Virus record (IMG/VR): IMGVR_UViG_3300019487_000024
Location: 36,410-100,409 of that record
Length of the DNA stretch: 64,000 bases
From: a virus
Strand: one strand, 5' to 3'
Below are positions 63,553 through 64,000 of this stretch, piece by piece; within the stretch, counting starts at the first letter, position 1; each line of letters starts with the position of its first letter. The position numbers and the translations under genes were made by a program. The notes under the pieces were generated by a model that saw only the letters and a list, made by a program, of their open reading frames with translations, did not search any database and was not told the DNA's origin.

Positions 63553-64000
63553 ATGAACGTAATTCCAAATCAAAAATTCGGCCATTTGATGACGATAAAG
63601 AGATTAAGTGGAAGTCATCAAAAACATGCTTTATGGAAGTGTCAATGTGATTGTGGGAAAATAGTTTCAACTCGTCCATATTATCTTATTAGTGGAAGAA
63701 AGAAACATTGTGGATGTCTTACAAATGCTCATAGATTTCATAAGAAACCATATTTTCATCTTTATACAACTTTGAAGAGAACATCAAAACATAGAGGCAT
63801 AAAGTGTGATTTAACGTTTGATGAATTTTTGACATTTACAACTGAAAGAAAATGTCATTATTGTGGAACAACAATTATTTGGAATGAACGTTCTAAGGAT
63901 GGTATGTCTGGTCCATATAATTTGGATCGTAAAGACCCTACAAAAACTTATGTGTTTTCCAATTGTGTTGTTTCGTGCTGGTTATGCAACTATACTAAAA
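63553..64000 (+). CDS. Putative homing endonuclease, truncated by the window end (same family as 705..1379)
   Basis: MNVIPNQKFGHL...WKCQCDCG...HCGC...CHYCG...NLDRKDPTKTYVFSNCVVSCWLCN. Not in the ORF track. Confidence 0.8.
   Translation, partial: MNVIPNQKFGHLMTIKRLSGSHQKHALWKCQCDCGKIVSTRPYYLISGRKKHCGCLTNAHRFHKKPYFHLYTTLKRTSKHRGIKCDLTFDEFLTFTTERKCHYCGTTIIWNERSKDGMSGPYNLDRKDPTKTYVFSNCVVSCWLCNYTK

Noticed and set aside
63342-63650. 102-aa alternative-frame + strand ORF
   Set aside because: It overlaps both 63020..63484 and the endonuclease starting at 63553, and its T/K-rich stretch is the off-frame reading of an acidic tail.
1-64000. Genome-wide stop-codon reassignment (TGA or TAG)
   Set aside because: Conserved genes are full length in the standard code, and TGA ends genes at their expected C-termini with many ATGA overlaps. 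Only one in-frame TGA was seen.
1-64000. tRNA, rRNA, cobalamin riboswitch or group I intron
   Set aside because: Intergenic gaps are short and I could not recognise cloverleaf, B12-box or intron core motifs by eye. An Infernal or tRNAscan run would be needed to exclude them fully.

Overview
This window is part of a large dsDNA tailed-phage genome with a T4-like replisome. It is densely coding and uses the standard genetic code. I found no rRNA, tRNA or CRISPR array. It has three blocks. (1) 0.7-13.7 kb, + strand: DnaB/gp41-like helicase, class II B12-dependent ribonucleotide reductase, MoxR-type AAA+/vWA pair, clamp-loader small subunit and dNMP kinase. (2) 13.6-44.9 kb, - strand: a ~30 kb glycan-biosynthesis island with about 7 glycosyltransferase genes, two PLP 3-dehydratases, two split transketolase pairs, a B12 radical-SAM enzyme, a heptose-phosphate kinase, RmlB/RmlC/GMD-like enzymes, methyltransferases and a HAD/nucleotidyltransferase module, plus dUTPase and a Cas4-like nuclease. 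(3) 45-64 kb, + strand: family B polymerase, sliding clamp, clamp loader, nucleoside-deoxyribosyltransferase-like genes, probable virion/internal proteins, a lipoprotein with u-spanin-like topology and an SNF2 helicase with a LAGLIDADG intein. About nine homing-endonuclease-like elements are scattered through the window, mostly as AT-rich inserts. The best candidates for a new system are the phage-encoded pathway(s) for branched or dideoxy nucleotide sugars, a putative protease-processed polyprotein with exact 30-aa units, and a TATTTAT promoter motif that appears to drive leaderless mRNAs. All functional calls come from motifs read by eye; no database searches were run.
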